From a virus (lineage: Duplodnaviria > Heunggongvirae > Uroviricota > Caudoviricetes): DNA of 20,704 nucleotides. Below, piece by piece: positions 7,654-15,753 of the stretch. The position numbers and the translations under genes are program-made. A model generated the notes under the pieces. That model saw only the letters and a list, made by a program, of their open reading frames with translations. It ran no database searches and was not told where the DNA came from. Each line of letters starts with the position of its first letter. The first letter of the stretch is position 1. The DNA lies in the IMG/VR virus record IMGVR_UViG_3300027608_000017; one strand, written 5' to 3'.

Positions 7654-8142
7654 ATGGCCTTGACCACGGGTTTTCAGTCGGGTTCTTACACGGGCACCTA
7701 CAACGCAAACGACATCGGCTTGATTCAGGACGCCTTCCGGATCCAGCAGACGTTTGAAGCACAGGGCGTGCGCGCCGACTACTACGGTGACTCCGTGATC
7801 GACCTGATCCTGCGTGGCGGCAATGCGTTCTGCATCTTCGAGGGGCTGAAATGGGCCTCGATCTCGGCCATCGTCGGCGGCCCGACGAACATCGGCGTGA
7901 TGGGGATCGCCAACATGGGCGCTTTCGTTGGAAACTGCGGACTGTCGAAGGTGATGGTTCTCACGGCGCGGGCCTCGTCCTGTACGGTCGCACCCGCCTC
8001 GATCACGGCGGCCAGCACATTCTTGGCGGAAGGATTCAACGTGGAGTATTCGCTTGGCAACTCCCTGCGGACCCTGCCGATCATGCTGCGGATGCTACCA
8101 ACGCTTATCTCGTCCGAAGTCAAGTGGTACGAGATGGCCTGA
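7654..8142 (+). CDS. Probable tail tube (major tail) protein (162 aa)
   Basis: Strong AAGGAG RBS, beta-rich small-residue composition, directly upstream of the tape-measure-like gene. The call is mostly positional. Confidence 0.55.
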   Translation: MALTTGFQSGSYTGTYNANDIGLIQDAFRIQQTFEAQGVRADYYGDSVIDLILRGGNAFCIFEGLKWASISAIVGGPTNIGVMGIANMGAFVGNCGLSKVMVLTARASSCTVAPASITAASTFLAEGFNVEYSLGNSLRTLPIMLRMLPTLISSEVKWYEMA

Positions 8143-8168
8143 CGTGTTGAGTCGCTGCGGGAGCCAAC

Positions 8169-9821
8169 GTGCCCAGACCTGACCATACTGACGATGAGCT
8201 TCCGGAGTTCCCCTACGACGAGGGGAACCCGGACTCTTCGTTGCCGGACGAGGACGCTCAGCAGCCCGCCGCATCCGGGCGCGACGACCTGCACCACGCC
8301 AAGGCTCAACTCGACGACGACGGCCCCACCGTGGGCGAAGCCGCCAAGAGCATCGCCAAGTCCGCTGACCTGAACACAGACGCGATCCAGTCACTCGTCA
8401 GCGCCGTGGAACAACTCGCGTCCTCCCTGCCGGGCACAACACCCAGCCAGTCCACGACACTGGCCACGCCATCGCCCGCGACACCCGCCGACGAGACTCC
8501 ATCCAAGACGCCCCCGCTCGACCTCAGCCGCGTCACGGCAGGGCTAGACCGCATCTACTCGGCGATCGTGGACGGGAAGTCATCGTCCGCCGCGCCATCC
8601 GCATCGCCCGCGCCGTCCGCCGCATCACCATCCGCATCGCCCGCGCCGTTCGTCTCGCCCAATCTCGTCCCCGGCCAGAAGTCTGGCGTCGATAAGGTTC
8701 CCGCCGCTCTCACCGAGGGCGAGTACGTCATGCGCCCCGAAGCCGTCAAGACGCACGGCCTCGACTTCATGGAGGAGATCAACGCCGCCAAGGCTCCCGC
8801 CGCGAGCGAGCCGGTCAAGGGGCACTCGATCGGCGGGTTCATTGCCGGAGCAGCATCGAAGGCCGGTAAGGCTGTTGTCGGGGCAGCGAAGGCGACGAAA
8901 TCAGCCTATAGCGGCGTCATGGGTGCCGCTGATAGCGCCGAGAGCGCAGTGAAATCGGGGTTGAAAACCGCAGCGCCCTACGTGGCCAGCGAACAAGACA
9001 CGCAGTCCATCGTCACCGGCGGCGAAGCAGGCGGCGGCTTCTACAATTCCTACAAGGAAGCCACTCGCTCCGCACAAGCCCCGCAGAACGCCCCCAGCAT
9101 CGGCAACTCGGCCGCTTCAGCGGCGGTGTCCGGAGCGCTCACCGGCGGCCCACTCGCCGGAGCCGTCGCGGGAGTCGTCGCAGGCTTCAAAGCGGTCGGA
9201 GAATCCGCCAACGCAGCCTCGAAAAATCTGGAGTCCTACAGCGCCGAGATCGCCACGGCCAACGCGGAAGCCAATGTCGCGCAGATTACGGGAGACATGG
9301 ACCGGGCTTCGGCGGTTGGCGAGGACGTGGCAAGGCACACCAATGTCACGAGTGACATCAGCCAGTCGAACCAGAACCTCGAAGCGGGCTTAATGAAGGC
9401 GGGCTTGGCGATCATGAATCCACTGCTGGAACTCATTGAGCCACTGATCGGGTTCGTGAATCAGGTTCTCGGCGGCATGGCAGCCGAGGCACTCAAGTAC
9501 CTCGCCTACATCGGCGAGTGCATTGGGAAAATGCTGGAGTGCTGGCCGTTCAGCCAGCAGGGCACCGAAGCACAGATGAAGAAATTCGGGGACGATCTCC
9601 GGAAAGCGGCCAAGGGGATTGAAGACCTCGTGGATACCGCCAAGAAGGACGACGATGAAGGCGGTCTCGACATTGACCAATTCATGAACCAGTTCCTGCA
9701 AGGTCACGGGATGGGCGACGATCAGGACCAGCACAAGTTCAGCGCGGTCCGAAACGTCGGCCCCAAGAAAAAGCCGAAGTCGAAGAAAGACTGGAATGCC
9801 GCTGGCGGCGCGTTCGGCTAA
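8169..9821 (+). CDS. Tape-measure-like protein (550 aa)
   Basis: Contains DKVPAALTEGEYVMRPEAVKTHGLDFMEEIN, a motif common in tape measure proteins, then long Ala/Gly-rich helical stretches. Follows the tube gene. Confidence 0.6.
   Translation: MPRPDHTDDELPEFPYDEGNPDSSLPDEDAQQPAASGRDDLHHAKAQLDDDGPTVGEAAKSIAKSADLNTDAIQSLVSAVEQLASSLPGTTPSQSTTLATPSPATPADETPSKTPPLDLSRVTAGLDRIYSAIVDGKSSSAAPSASPAPSAASPSASPAPFVSPNLVPGQKSGVDKVPAALTEGEYVMRPEAVKTHGLDFMEEINAAKAPAASEPVKGHSIGGFIAGAASKAGKAVVGAAKATKSAYSGVMGAADSAESAVKSGLKTAAPYVASEQDTQSIVTGGEAGGGFYNSYKEATRSAQAPQNAPSIGNSAASAAVSGALTGGPLAGAVAGVVAGFKAVGESANAASKNLESYSAEIATANAEANVAQITGDMDRASAVGEDVARHTNVTSDISQSNQNLEAGLMKAGLAIMNPLLELIEPLIGFVNQVLGGMAAEALKYLAYIGECIGKMLECWPFSQQGTEAQMKKFGDDLRKAAKGIEDLVDTAKKDDDEGGLDIDQFMNQFLQGHGMGDDQDQHKFSAVRNVGPKKKPKSKKDWNAAGGAFG
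8595..8649 (+). repeat. Intragenic tandem duplication, 22-nt unit with 33-nt period (PSASPAP twice)
   Basis: CCATCCGCATCGCCCGCGCCGT at 8595-8616 and 8628-8649. Confidence 0.9.
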
Positions 9822-9842
9822 CTACAACGGAAGGGCATCGCT

Positions 9843-11708
9843 ATGGCACTTCCCGGCATCGGAAGAGTCTCCTACAACGGGCTGGAATTCGACGGCCCGA
9901 TGATTAGCTCCAAGGTGAGCATCGAGAACGTGCGCGGAGAAGACGACCGCGCCGTGATCTACAGCAACGTCACGATCGAGATCAAGGCGACGATCAGCCT
10001 CGGCGACTACAGCGGAGTCGCTTGCATTATCCACCCGGATGACATCGGTTCCGGCGGATACTTGACCATCACGGATCGCATTCGGCACATGCTGTCTCAG
10101 GACGGCAAGCCACTGATCTTCGAGGACAAGATCTTCCACAAGTTCCACGTCAACACGACGTTCGGAGACGGCTACGATCTCGTGGATGTGAACTATGGGC
10201 CGCGCACCAAGGTCGGCTCGATCGTCCCCATCATGGCCAATAAGGCGTTCGAGGTCGTCTGGTCCGTGACGGCTGCTGTCGGGCAATGCCCGGAAATAAT
10301 CGGAGACGGCCCGACTGGCTACGAGGTGCAGTCATGGAAACGCGACGACATCAAGCAGGTCTGCTACCGCGTGGACTGGTCGGCCGACCATCGGGGCTAC
10401 ACCTCACGCACGGTGACGGGCTTCATCGAGATCGTGTCGGCTCCGGCACTAGAACAGCCCGAGAACGTCATCACCGTCTCAGCGGACGACTACCGAGACC
10501 GACTGACGATCCACATGCCTAAGGCGTTCCGGAGAACCGAGAACAAGTGGTCCCTGAACGAGAAGCGCGACCGAATTTCCTTCACGGTTGTCGATCAGGA
10601 ATGCGACAGCCCAAACCCCTACCCTCCCGGTGTCGTGGCGATGGAGGTCATCCATAAGGTCGCGATCGGGGCGGACTCAGGTTTCACCAAAGGCGTCAGC
10701 GAGTTATCTGGTTCGTGCGAGGTCGCCAACCCGCTCCCGACATCCGAAGCATGGGAGAAGCTGTACCCGATCATCGACAAGCGGATAAAGGCAGCCCGAG
10801 ACGCTTACGGTGGCATTTTGCTGACAAATGTCAGCATCACGGAGTACCTGTTCGCGCGCAAGGTCTCGTTCTCGATCAGCTTCTATAAGCTGTCCGCCTC
10901 ACCCTACGGGTTCATCAAGTCGGCAGGCCTGTTCACCCCGGTGTCAGATGGCAACGATGGCTGGTTGGAATGGCGCAAGTCCATGTACGGCCAGAGCGAG
11001 ACCTCCAACGACGAGACCTATGAGCGGGCAATGCCGACAGGGGGGCCAGAGGAGACTCGCCTGCCGTGGGCGCGTCGCTCGATCGCGAACCTGTCCTACG
11101 AGCCGAGCGACGACAAGCTGGTGACGCCCTGTACCAGCCAGCCCTTTGAGGTCACGGTCCACAACCAGAGGATTGACCCGTTCCCGAACGACCTTCAGTC
11201 GGCACTGAAGAACGTCTGCCCGGCACCGGAAAAGAGCTACGTGAAATACGATAACGCCCTGGAGCTGGTTTCAGAGCAAGACATTAGCTGCTTTAAGGAG
11301 CAGCCGATAGAGGGTACGGCTAGTGACACCTACACAAAACCATCAACAGCAGACAAGGAGCCAATCCCCGGTTCGCAAGACCCGGATGTGAACCGTAACC
11401 GCATGTCGTATTCCGGCGAAACGATTAAAATCTGGATGATCGGCAAAGCCTGTCGGGTTGGCGTGTCTCCCGAGATGCCGGAGTTTGCTAAAGACCTGAT
11501 CGACACCAAGAAAGTCGTGATAGGGAAAGACAAAAGCAAAACATCCAGCAAGAAGTTGCTGGGGTGTACCGTCTATGTGCGGTCATGGAAGGTGGAACTC
11601 ACCGTGGCGACAGAACTCACCGCGTTGCTGCCCGACCTCGATGACCTCGCCAAGAAGCTGTTCAAGACACCTGTCGTCCCCGAAGGGATGGAGTGGGACG
11701 AGGCGTGA
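9843..11708 (+). CDS. Putative tail/baseplate structural protein (621 aa)
   Basis: Long clean ORF directly after the tape-measure-like gene, beta-rich. No family recognised with certainty. Confidence 0.6.
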   Translation: MALPGIGRVSYNGLEFDGPMISSKVSIENVRGEDDRAVIYSNVTIEIKATISLGDYSGVACIIHPDDIGSGGYLTITDRIRHMLSQDGKPLIFEDKIFHKFHVNTTFGDGYDLVDVNYGPRTKVGSIVPIMANKAFEVVWSVTAAVGQCPEIIGDGPTGYEVQSWKRDDIKQVCYRVDWSADHRGYTSRTVTGFIEIVSAPALEQPENVITVSADDYRDRLTIHMPKAFRRTENKWSLNEKRDRISFTVVDQECDSPNPYPPGVVAMEVIHKVAIGADSGFTKGVSELSGSCEVANPLPTSEAWEKLYPIIDKRIKAARDAYGGILLTNVSITEYLFARKVSFSISFYKLSASPYGFIKSAGLFTPVSDGNDGWLEWRKSMYGQSETSNDETYERAMPTGGPEETRLPWARRSIANLSYEPSDDKLVTPCTSQPFEVTVHNQRIDPFPNDLQSALKNVCPAPEKSYVKYDNALELVSEQDISCFKEQPIEGTASDTYTKPSTADKEPIPGSQDPDVNRNRMSYSGETIKIWMIGKACRVGVSPEMPEFAKDLIDTKKVVIGKDKSKTSSKKLLGCTVYVRSWKVELTVATELTALLPDLDDLAKKLFKTPVVPEGMEWDEA

Positions 11709-11809
11709 CGCCTACTTGGACGCCGGTTTCTTCTTGCTCGCGACGTAGGCCGCGCGCTGCTGTCGCACCACGGCATCGTCGATGCGCTCCACCCCGAAGT
11801 TCCTGCCGG

Positions 11810-11837
11810 AAAAGTCGCGTTTGAGCCTCGCGCCACC
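11810..11837 (+). repeat. 28-nt direct repeat, left copy (AAAAGTCGCGTTTGAGCCTCGCGCCACC)
   Basis: 27/28 identical to 13717-13744. Confidence 0.92.
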
Positions 11838-11877
11838 GCAGTTTGCTCTGCCGTTTACTGCGCAATGTTCGCGCGAC

Positions 11878-12603
11878 TCAGCCTATCTTGTCGCTCACAT
11901 GGTATTGGTGGCAGTTCGTGAGCCTCACTGGCCCGGCCTTGAAGGTGTTGGAGTGAATGTCGATGTTTTTCGATATCCATTGAAACAGCGGTCTCGTGTA
12001 GCTTTCATCAAACTCTTTGTCTGTATCGTGAATTGCGGAGCGGCAGCCGCCCTCGCTTTGGATCGCGATCGTCGTGTCTTTCATCATCGCCAGTAGAGCC
12101 ACGGAAGCCCCGAGGTTCCACAGCGATTGATGCGACCAGCCCGTGGCCAGTGAATTACGGTCGAACACGAACACATCCCGCTTGCCGGGGAGGTGCGTTC
12201 GCTCCGCCATCACAGGGCAGTACGGCATGTGTTTCCGTAGATGCTTCAGTACACCCTTGATTTCCGAGTCAGACTTCTCGGGCGATAGAGGTTCGTGGAC
12301 AACCTCCGGCTCCGGCTCCACGGCAGTCGCGTCCTTGATCGCCACCGTGAGGTTTGCCACCCGCTGCTGCAAGCGGTGTGTTTCCAGTCGCAACTCGTCC
12401 CGCTCGCGCTCAACGGCCTTGGATCGCTCAATAGACGCCTCCTTGAGTTCTATCGCCAGAGCCTCCGTGGCCTCAGCGGCAGCCAGCCGCGTTCGCAACA
12501 CGTTGACGGCTTCCTTCAGCTTCCGCAACTTCCCGAGGCCACTCACGTCGCGACTGAGATACCCCGAAAGATCCTCGAACTGCTTCTTGACTTGCGCGAT
12601 CAC
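11878..12603 (-). CDS. Hypothetical protein with N-terminal coiled coil (about 241 aa; start GTG 12603 or 12618)
   Basis: GTG at 12603 overlaps the upstream TAG (TAGTG) and follows GGAG, suggesting translational coupling. Heptad-like segment LKEAVNVLRTRLAAAE...LQQRVANL. Confidence 0.7.
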   Translation of the reverse strand: MIAQVKKQFEDLSGYLSRDVSGLGKLRKLKEAVNVLRTRLAAAEATEALAIELKEASIERSKAVERERDELRLETHRLQQRVANLTVAIKDATAVEPEPEVVHEPLSPEKSDSEIKGVLKHLRKHMPYCPVMAERTHLPGKRDVFVFDRNSLATGWSHQSLWNLGASVALLAMMKDTTIAIQSEGGCRSAIHDTDKEFDESYTRPLFQWISKNIDIHSNTFKAGPVRLTNCHQYHVSDKIG

Positions 12604-13610
12604 TATTTTGGACTCCACATATCAGCCGGGACTCGCGCCTGCTGCGGAGGCTGATTCGGGGCGAGGGATTTTATGTGCTTGGTGAGTCGGTTGAGGATGT
12701 GGAAGAACTCATCCACATTCGTCACCCGCTCCCCATGCGTGAGGATGCTCTCCAAGACGGTCTCGGCCGACTTGAGGGCGCGCAGCAAGACAACATCTTT
12801 CGGCAGCGAGGCGCATGGCCTGCCAGTCAGCCGAGACTTGATTTCCGGATCGTCATGCACAGCCGAGAGGCGATCCGAGTAGACGCTGTAGGGGTTGGCT
12901 GATTTCGGAGCCGCGTCGAAGAACGCGACCATGTAAGGCGCAGCATCAGCCACCGAGATGCGAGACTGCTTCAGCGTGTTCAGGAAGCCCACGACGGGAT
13001 TCGTGGCCTGTTCCAGAACCGAGTTGCCATGAATGTGCGGACGCAACTCCAGTAGCATCGCGTCTGGCAAGGCAGGGCCGCCCATGCGGGAGATTCGAGA
13101 CTGTAGCTCCACCGCTTCGGCAATACGCTTGAGGTCAGCCGCTTTCCAGCCTCCCATCTGAGCCACCTCGTTGTGACTCAGGCCGCGATCCACAACCAGA
13201 ACCTCAACCGCCCGGCGGCGAGTCCACTCGGCGGGTTCGGCTCGCCCCTGCATACGAGCATTGGCTAGCACGCGAATCGAAGCGAGCATGTCTCCGGAAT
13301 CGGTTTCCACGATGTACGCCGACACGCGCGTCGTTCCGTTCAAGGCGGCTGCTGACAGTCGCTGCACGCCATCCAGAACACGAAACCCGCCGTCCGACCG
13401 AGACAGGATCGGAGCGGGAGCGGGCGAACCGGATTCCATCAGCGTCGCGTACTCCATCACGGCGTCTTCGCGGATCGCGACCGGGCGGCCGATGTTCTCC
13501 CGATCCCATTCAGGACATAAGTCCTCCGGCAGACGCAGCCCGTTGGTGTAATCGAACTTGACGCCCAGCGAGGTGAGGAAGTTTTCGGTGCGACTGTCCG
13601 TCGTAAACAT
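12603..13610 (-). CDS. ParB/Srx-domain protein with HTH (335 aa; start probably ATG 13610)
   Basis: PAPILSRSDGGFRVLDGVQRLSAA carries the ParB GxxRxxA motif. DRGLSHNEVAQMGGWKAADLKRI is HTH-like. No ParA partner is adjacent. Confidence 0.75.
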   Translation of the reverse strand: MFTTDSRTENFLTSLGVKFDYTNGLRLPEDLCPEWDRENIGRPVAIREDAVMEYATLMESGSPAPAPILSRSDGGFRVLDGVQRLSAAALNGTTRVSAYIVETDSGDMLASIRVLANARMQGRAEPAEWTRRRAVEVLVVDRGLSHNEVAQMGGWKAADLKRIAEAVELQSRISRMGGPALPDAMLLELRPHIHGNSVLEQATNPVVGFLNTLKQSRISVADAAPYMVAFFDAAPKSANPYSVYSDRLSAVHDDPEIKSRLTGRPCASLPKDVVLLRALKSAETVLESILTHGERVTNVDEFFHILNRLTKHIKSLAPNQPPQQARVPADMWSPK

Positions 13611-13716
13611 GATGGAAAGGGTTCCGGAGAGATCGGCGCAAACTGAACAGTCGCTAGTACGCAAAACTCAGGGACCAAGACACAAAAAAGTGCGGTCCCG
13701 GCTCGGTTTTACTCAA

Positions 13717-13744
13717 AAAAGTCGCGTTTGAGCCGCGCGCCACC
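13717..13744 (+). repeat. 28-nt direct repeat, right copy (AAAAGTCGCGTTTGAGCCGCGCGCCACC)
   Basis: 27/28 identical to 11810-11837. Confidence 0.92.
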
Positions 13745-13755
13745 TGTGCTAGTTT
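13728..13755 (+). promoter_or_regulatory. Candidate promoter for the chaperone-portal operon
   Basis: TTGAGC (13728-13733), 16-nt spacer, TAGTTT (13750-13755) preceded by TGc (extended -10-like). Weak consensus match. Confidence 0.35.
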
Positions 13756-13757
13756 CG

Positions 13758-13781
13758 ATGGAACTGCTTAGAAAGTTCCAT
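13758..13781. promoter_or_regulatory. Perfect 8-bp inverted repeat with 8-nt spacer (ATGGAACT-gcttagaa-AGTTCCAT), operator-like
   Basis: Seen directly in the divergent intergenic region, 25 nt upstream of ATG 13807. Function is inferred. Confidence 0.55.
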
Positions 13782-13806
13782 TGTTGACCTACAGGAAGCC
13801 GCACAG

Positions 13807-14340
13807 ATGTCCGACGACGTGATTGATTTCGATGGCGATGCCGTGGTGATTTCGTTTCGCGGCAAGAAGTACGACCTGCTCGCCGCCGACGAGATCGACG
13901 AGATTCATTCCGAAATCCGCCGACTCGATTCGCTGATCAAGCCCGAGGATCGCCTCAGTGGCGAAGACGGCTCGCCCGCCAAGTGCCCCAACGGGGAAGA
14001 CGCGGACGGCGAGTCCCTGCCGTTCACGCACGGCAACGGCTTGGCATTCACCAATCTGCTCAAGGCGCACTTCAACGCCAAGCACGCGCTCATCGCCCCG
14101 ACGGCCACGGTCTACGCGATCTACCGGCAACTCCTCCTGAAAAAGGAGACCTACGAAAGTTTTTTCGTGAATGGGCCGAGTTCGCCACCACCTTTGGCTT
14201 CCCGCCCCCCCCAGGCTTCCGCCGACGCAGCGCTCGAAACGCTGCGATCCACCATGCAAGGCGTTTCCGAGCAGCTCACCGCCTTGAAGAGTTCTACGAC
14301 CGAATCCTCGACACCAAGTACCGAGAGCGTGACCTCCTAA
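13807..14340 (+). CDS. Tail assembly chaperone, gpG-like frame-0 product (177 aa)
   Basis: Contains a T TTT TTC slippery heptamer, followed by a low-complexity Ser/Thr/Pro tail as often seen in G-type chaperones. Confidence 0.7.
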   Translation: MSDDVIDFDGDAVVISFRGKKYDLLAADEIDEIHSEIRRLDSLIKPEDRLSGEDGSPAKCPNGEDADGESLPFTHGNGLAFTNLLKAHFNAKHALIAPTATVYAIYRQLLLKKETYESFFVNGPSSPPPLASRPPQASADAALETLRSTMQGVSEQLTALKSSTTESSTPSTESVTS

Positions 14341-14438
14341 TCGAGGCCACCGGTGACGTGGAACGCGCCAACAAGTTGTTCCGCAAACGTGTTGCCGACG
14401 ACATGGAGGCCCGTGTCCGTAACGGACAGGTGAAATAA
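13807..14438 (+). CDS. Tail assembly chaperone gpGT-like -1 frameshift product (210 aa)
   Basis: A -1 slip at 14160-14166 continues as REWAEFATTFGFPPPPGFRRRSARN...VRNGQVK, ending at TAA 14438, 2 nt before the portal ATG and filling an otherwise 100-nt gap. Confidence 0.7.
14160..14166 (+). other. -1 programmed frameshift slippery site T TTT TTC
   Basis: X XXY YYZ heptamer correctly phased in ORF 13807 (AGT TTT TTC). The -1 frame stays open for 90 further codons. Confidence 0.75.
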
Positions 14439-14440
14439 TC

Positions 14441-15712
14441 ATGGTTGCCGACAACAAGCCGGACAGCATGTCATCCAAAGACCTGCTGGAAATCCAGACG
14501 ACGGCCTATCTGCCCCCGCCGAATCATCGCGGCACGATGAACGACATGGGCCTGCCCATGTTCACGCTGCGGCAGGTCGAACTGATGCGGCGCGATGAGC
14601 AAGTCAAGCTGGGCGAGCGCATCCTCAAAGCCCCCTTGATGCACATCAAGTTCGAGGTCTCCGGCCGTCCCGACGTGGCGGCCTTCGCCCAACAGCAGAT
14701 GCTCCGCGCATGGGACTCGGTGATCCCCAAGCTCACGACGGCCATGTGGTACAAGGTCTGTTGCGGCGAGCCGATCTACCGCAAGAACCAGACGACGAAG
14801 CAGATGGAGATCGCCGGGCTGAACGACTTCCATCCGTCTGACTGCGATTTCCTAGAGATCGACAAGAAGCTCGTCGGCATCCGCGTCACCGATCGCGGTT
14901 CTGTCGCGTCCGAACCGCATGACCTCTACGGCATGAAGGCGTTCCACTACATCCACCGCCAGCAGTTCGGCTCGCGCGATGGCGTTTCGGAGCTGGAAGG
15001 AGCCTATCGGCCGTGGCTGACCAAGACGGGGCGCGACGGGGCGCTTGCGTGTCTCACGCTGTGGAATTATAAGAATGCCTTCAACAGTGGCATGATGTTC
15101 CATCCACCGGGCGAGTACCAGTGGACCGACGGCAACGGCATGACGCAGATTATGCCCTACCGAGACATCGCCCGGCAGGCGATGGAGCGTAACAAGACTG
15201 GAAACGTCATGGCGTTTCCATCAGTCTTCGATGAGAAGGGGAATCTCCTGTGGCGCTACGAACAGCCCAAGATCAACGGCGATGGCTCGGGACTGATCCA
15301 GTACGTCGAGCAACTCAACACCGAGATGCTGCGCGGGATGGGCATCCCCGACGACATCATCAGCCAGACGAGCGGCACGGGATCGTATGCCGGTCGGTCG
15401 ATTCCGTTCCAAGCGTTCCTCACCAGCCAGAACGACACCGTCAAGGCGATGTTTCAGGCGGTCGAGAAACAGATCGTCGCGCATCTCTGCTGGTGGAACT
15501 TCCAGTCGCGGGACTTCGAGTTCCACGGCGTCGAAGTGGATCGCGCCAAGCTGCTGCCGATCGACCAGCCCGAAGCCCCACCGGGAGCGACCCCGCCCGA
15601 CATGAGCGGCGGCGGTGAAGACCCGAACGCGGCGATGGCGGACCCCCAACAGGCCGCGATGCTCGCCGCAGCCCAACAACAGCAGATGGCCGGAGCCGCT
15701 CCGCCCGCCTGA
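14441..15712 (+). CDS. Portal protein, Mu gp29/DUF935-like (423 aa)
   Basis: Motifs MRRDEQVKLGERILKAPL, DGVSELEGAYRPWLTK and LNTEMLRGMGIP...SGTGSYA follow the DUF935 order. Low-complexity Q/A/P C-terminus. Confidence 0.75.
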   Translation: MVADNKPDSMSSKDLLEIQTTAYLPPPNHRGTMNDMGLPMFTLRQVELMRRDEQVKLGERILKAPLMHIKFEVSGRPDVAAFAQQQMLRAWDSVIPKLTTAMWYKVCCGEPIYRKNQTTKQMEIAGLNDFHPSDCDFLEIDKKLVGIRVTDRGSVASEPHDLYGMKAFHYIHRQQFGSRDGVSELEGAYRPWLTKTGRDGALACLTLWNYKNAFNSGMMFHPPGEYQWTDGNGMTQIMPYRDIARQAMERNKTGNVMAFPSVFDEKGNLLWRYEQPKINGDGSGLIQYVEQLNTEMLRGMGIPDDIISQTSGTGSYAGRSIPFQAFLTSQNDTVKAMFQAVEKQIVAHLCWWNFQSRDFEFHGVEVDRAKLLPIDQPEAPPGATPPDMSGGGEDPNAAMADPQQAAMLAAAQQQQMAGAAPPA

Positions 15713-15753
15713 ATGTTTTCAGAATAGTTGAGTAAGTTCTTGAGGCCAATCGC

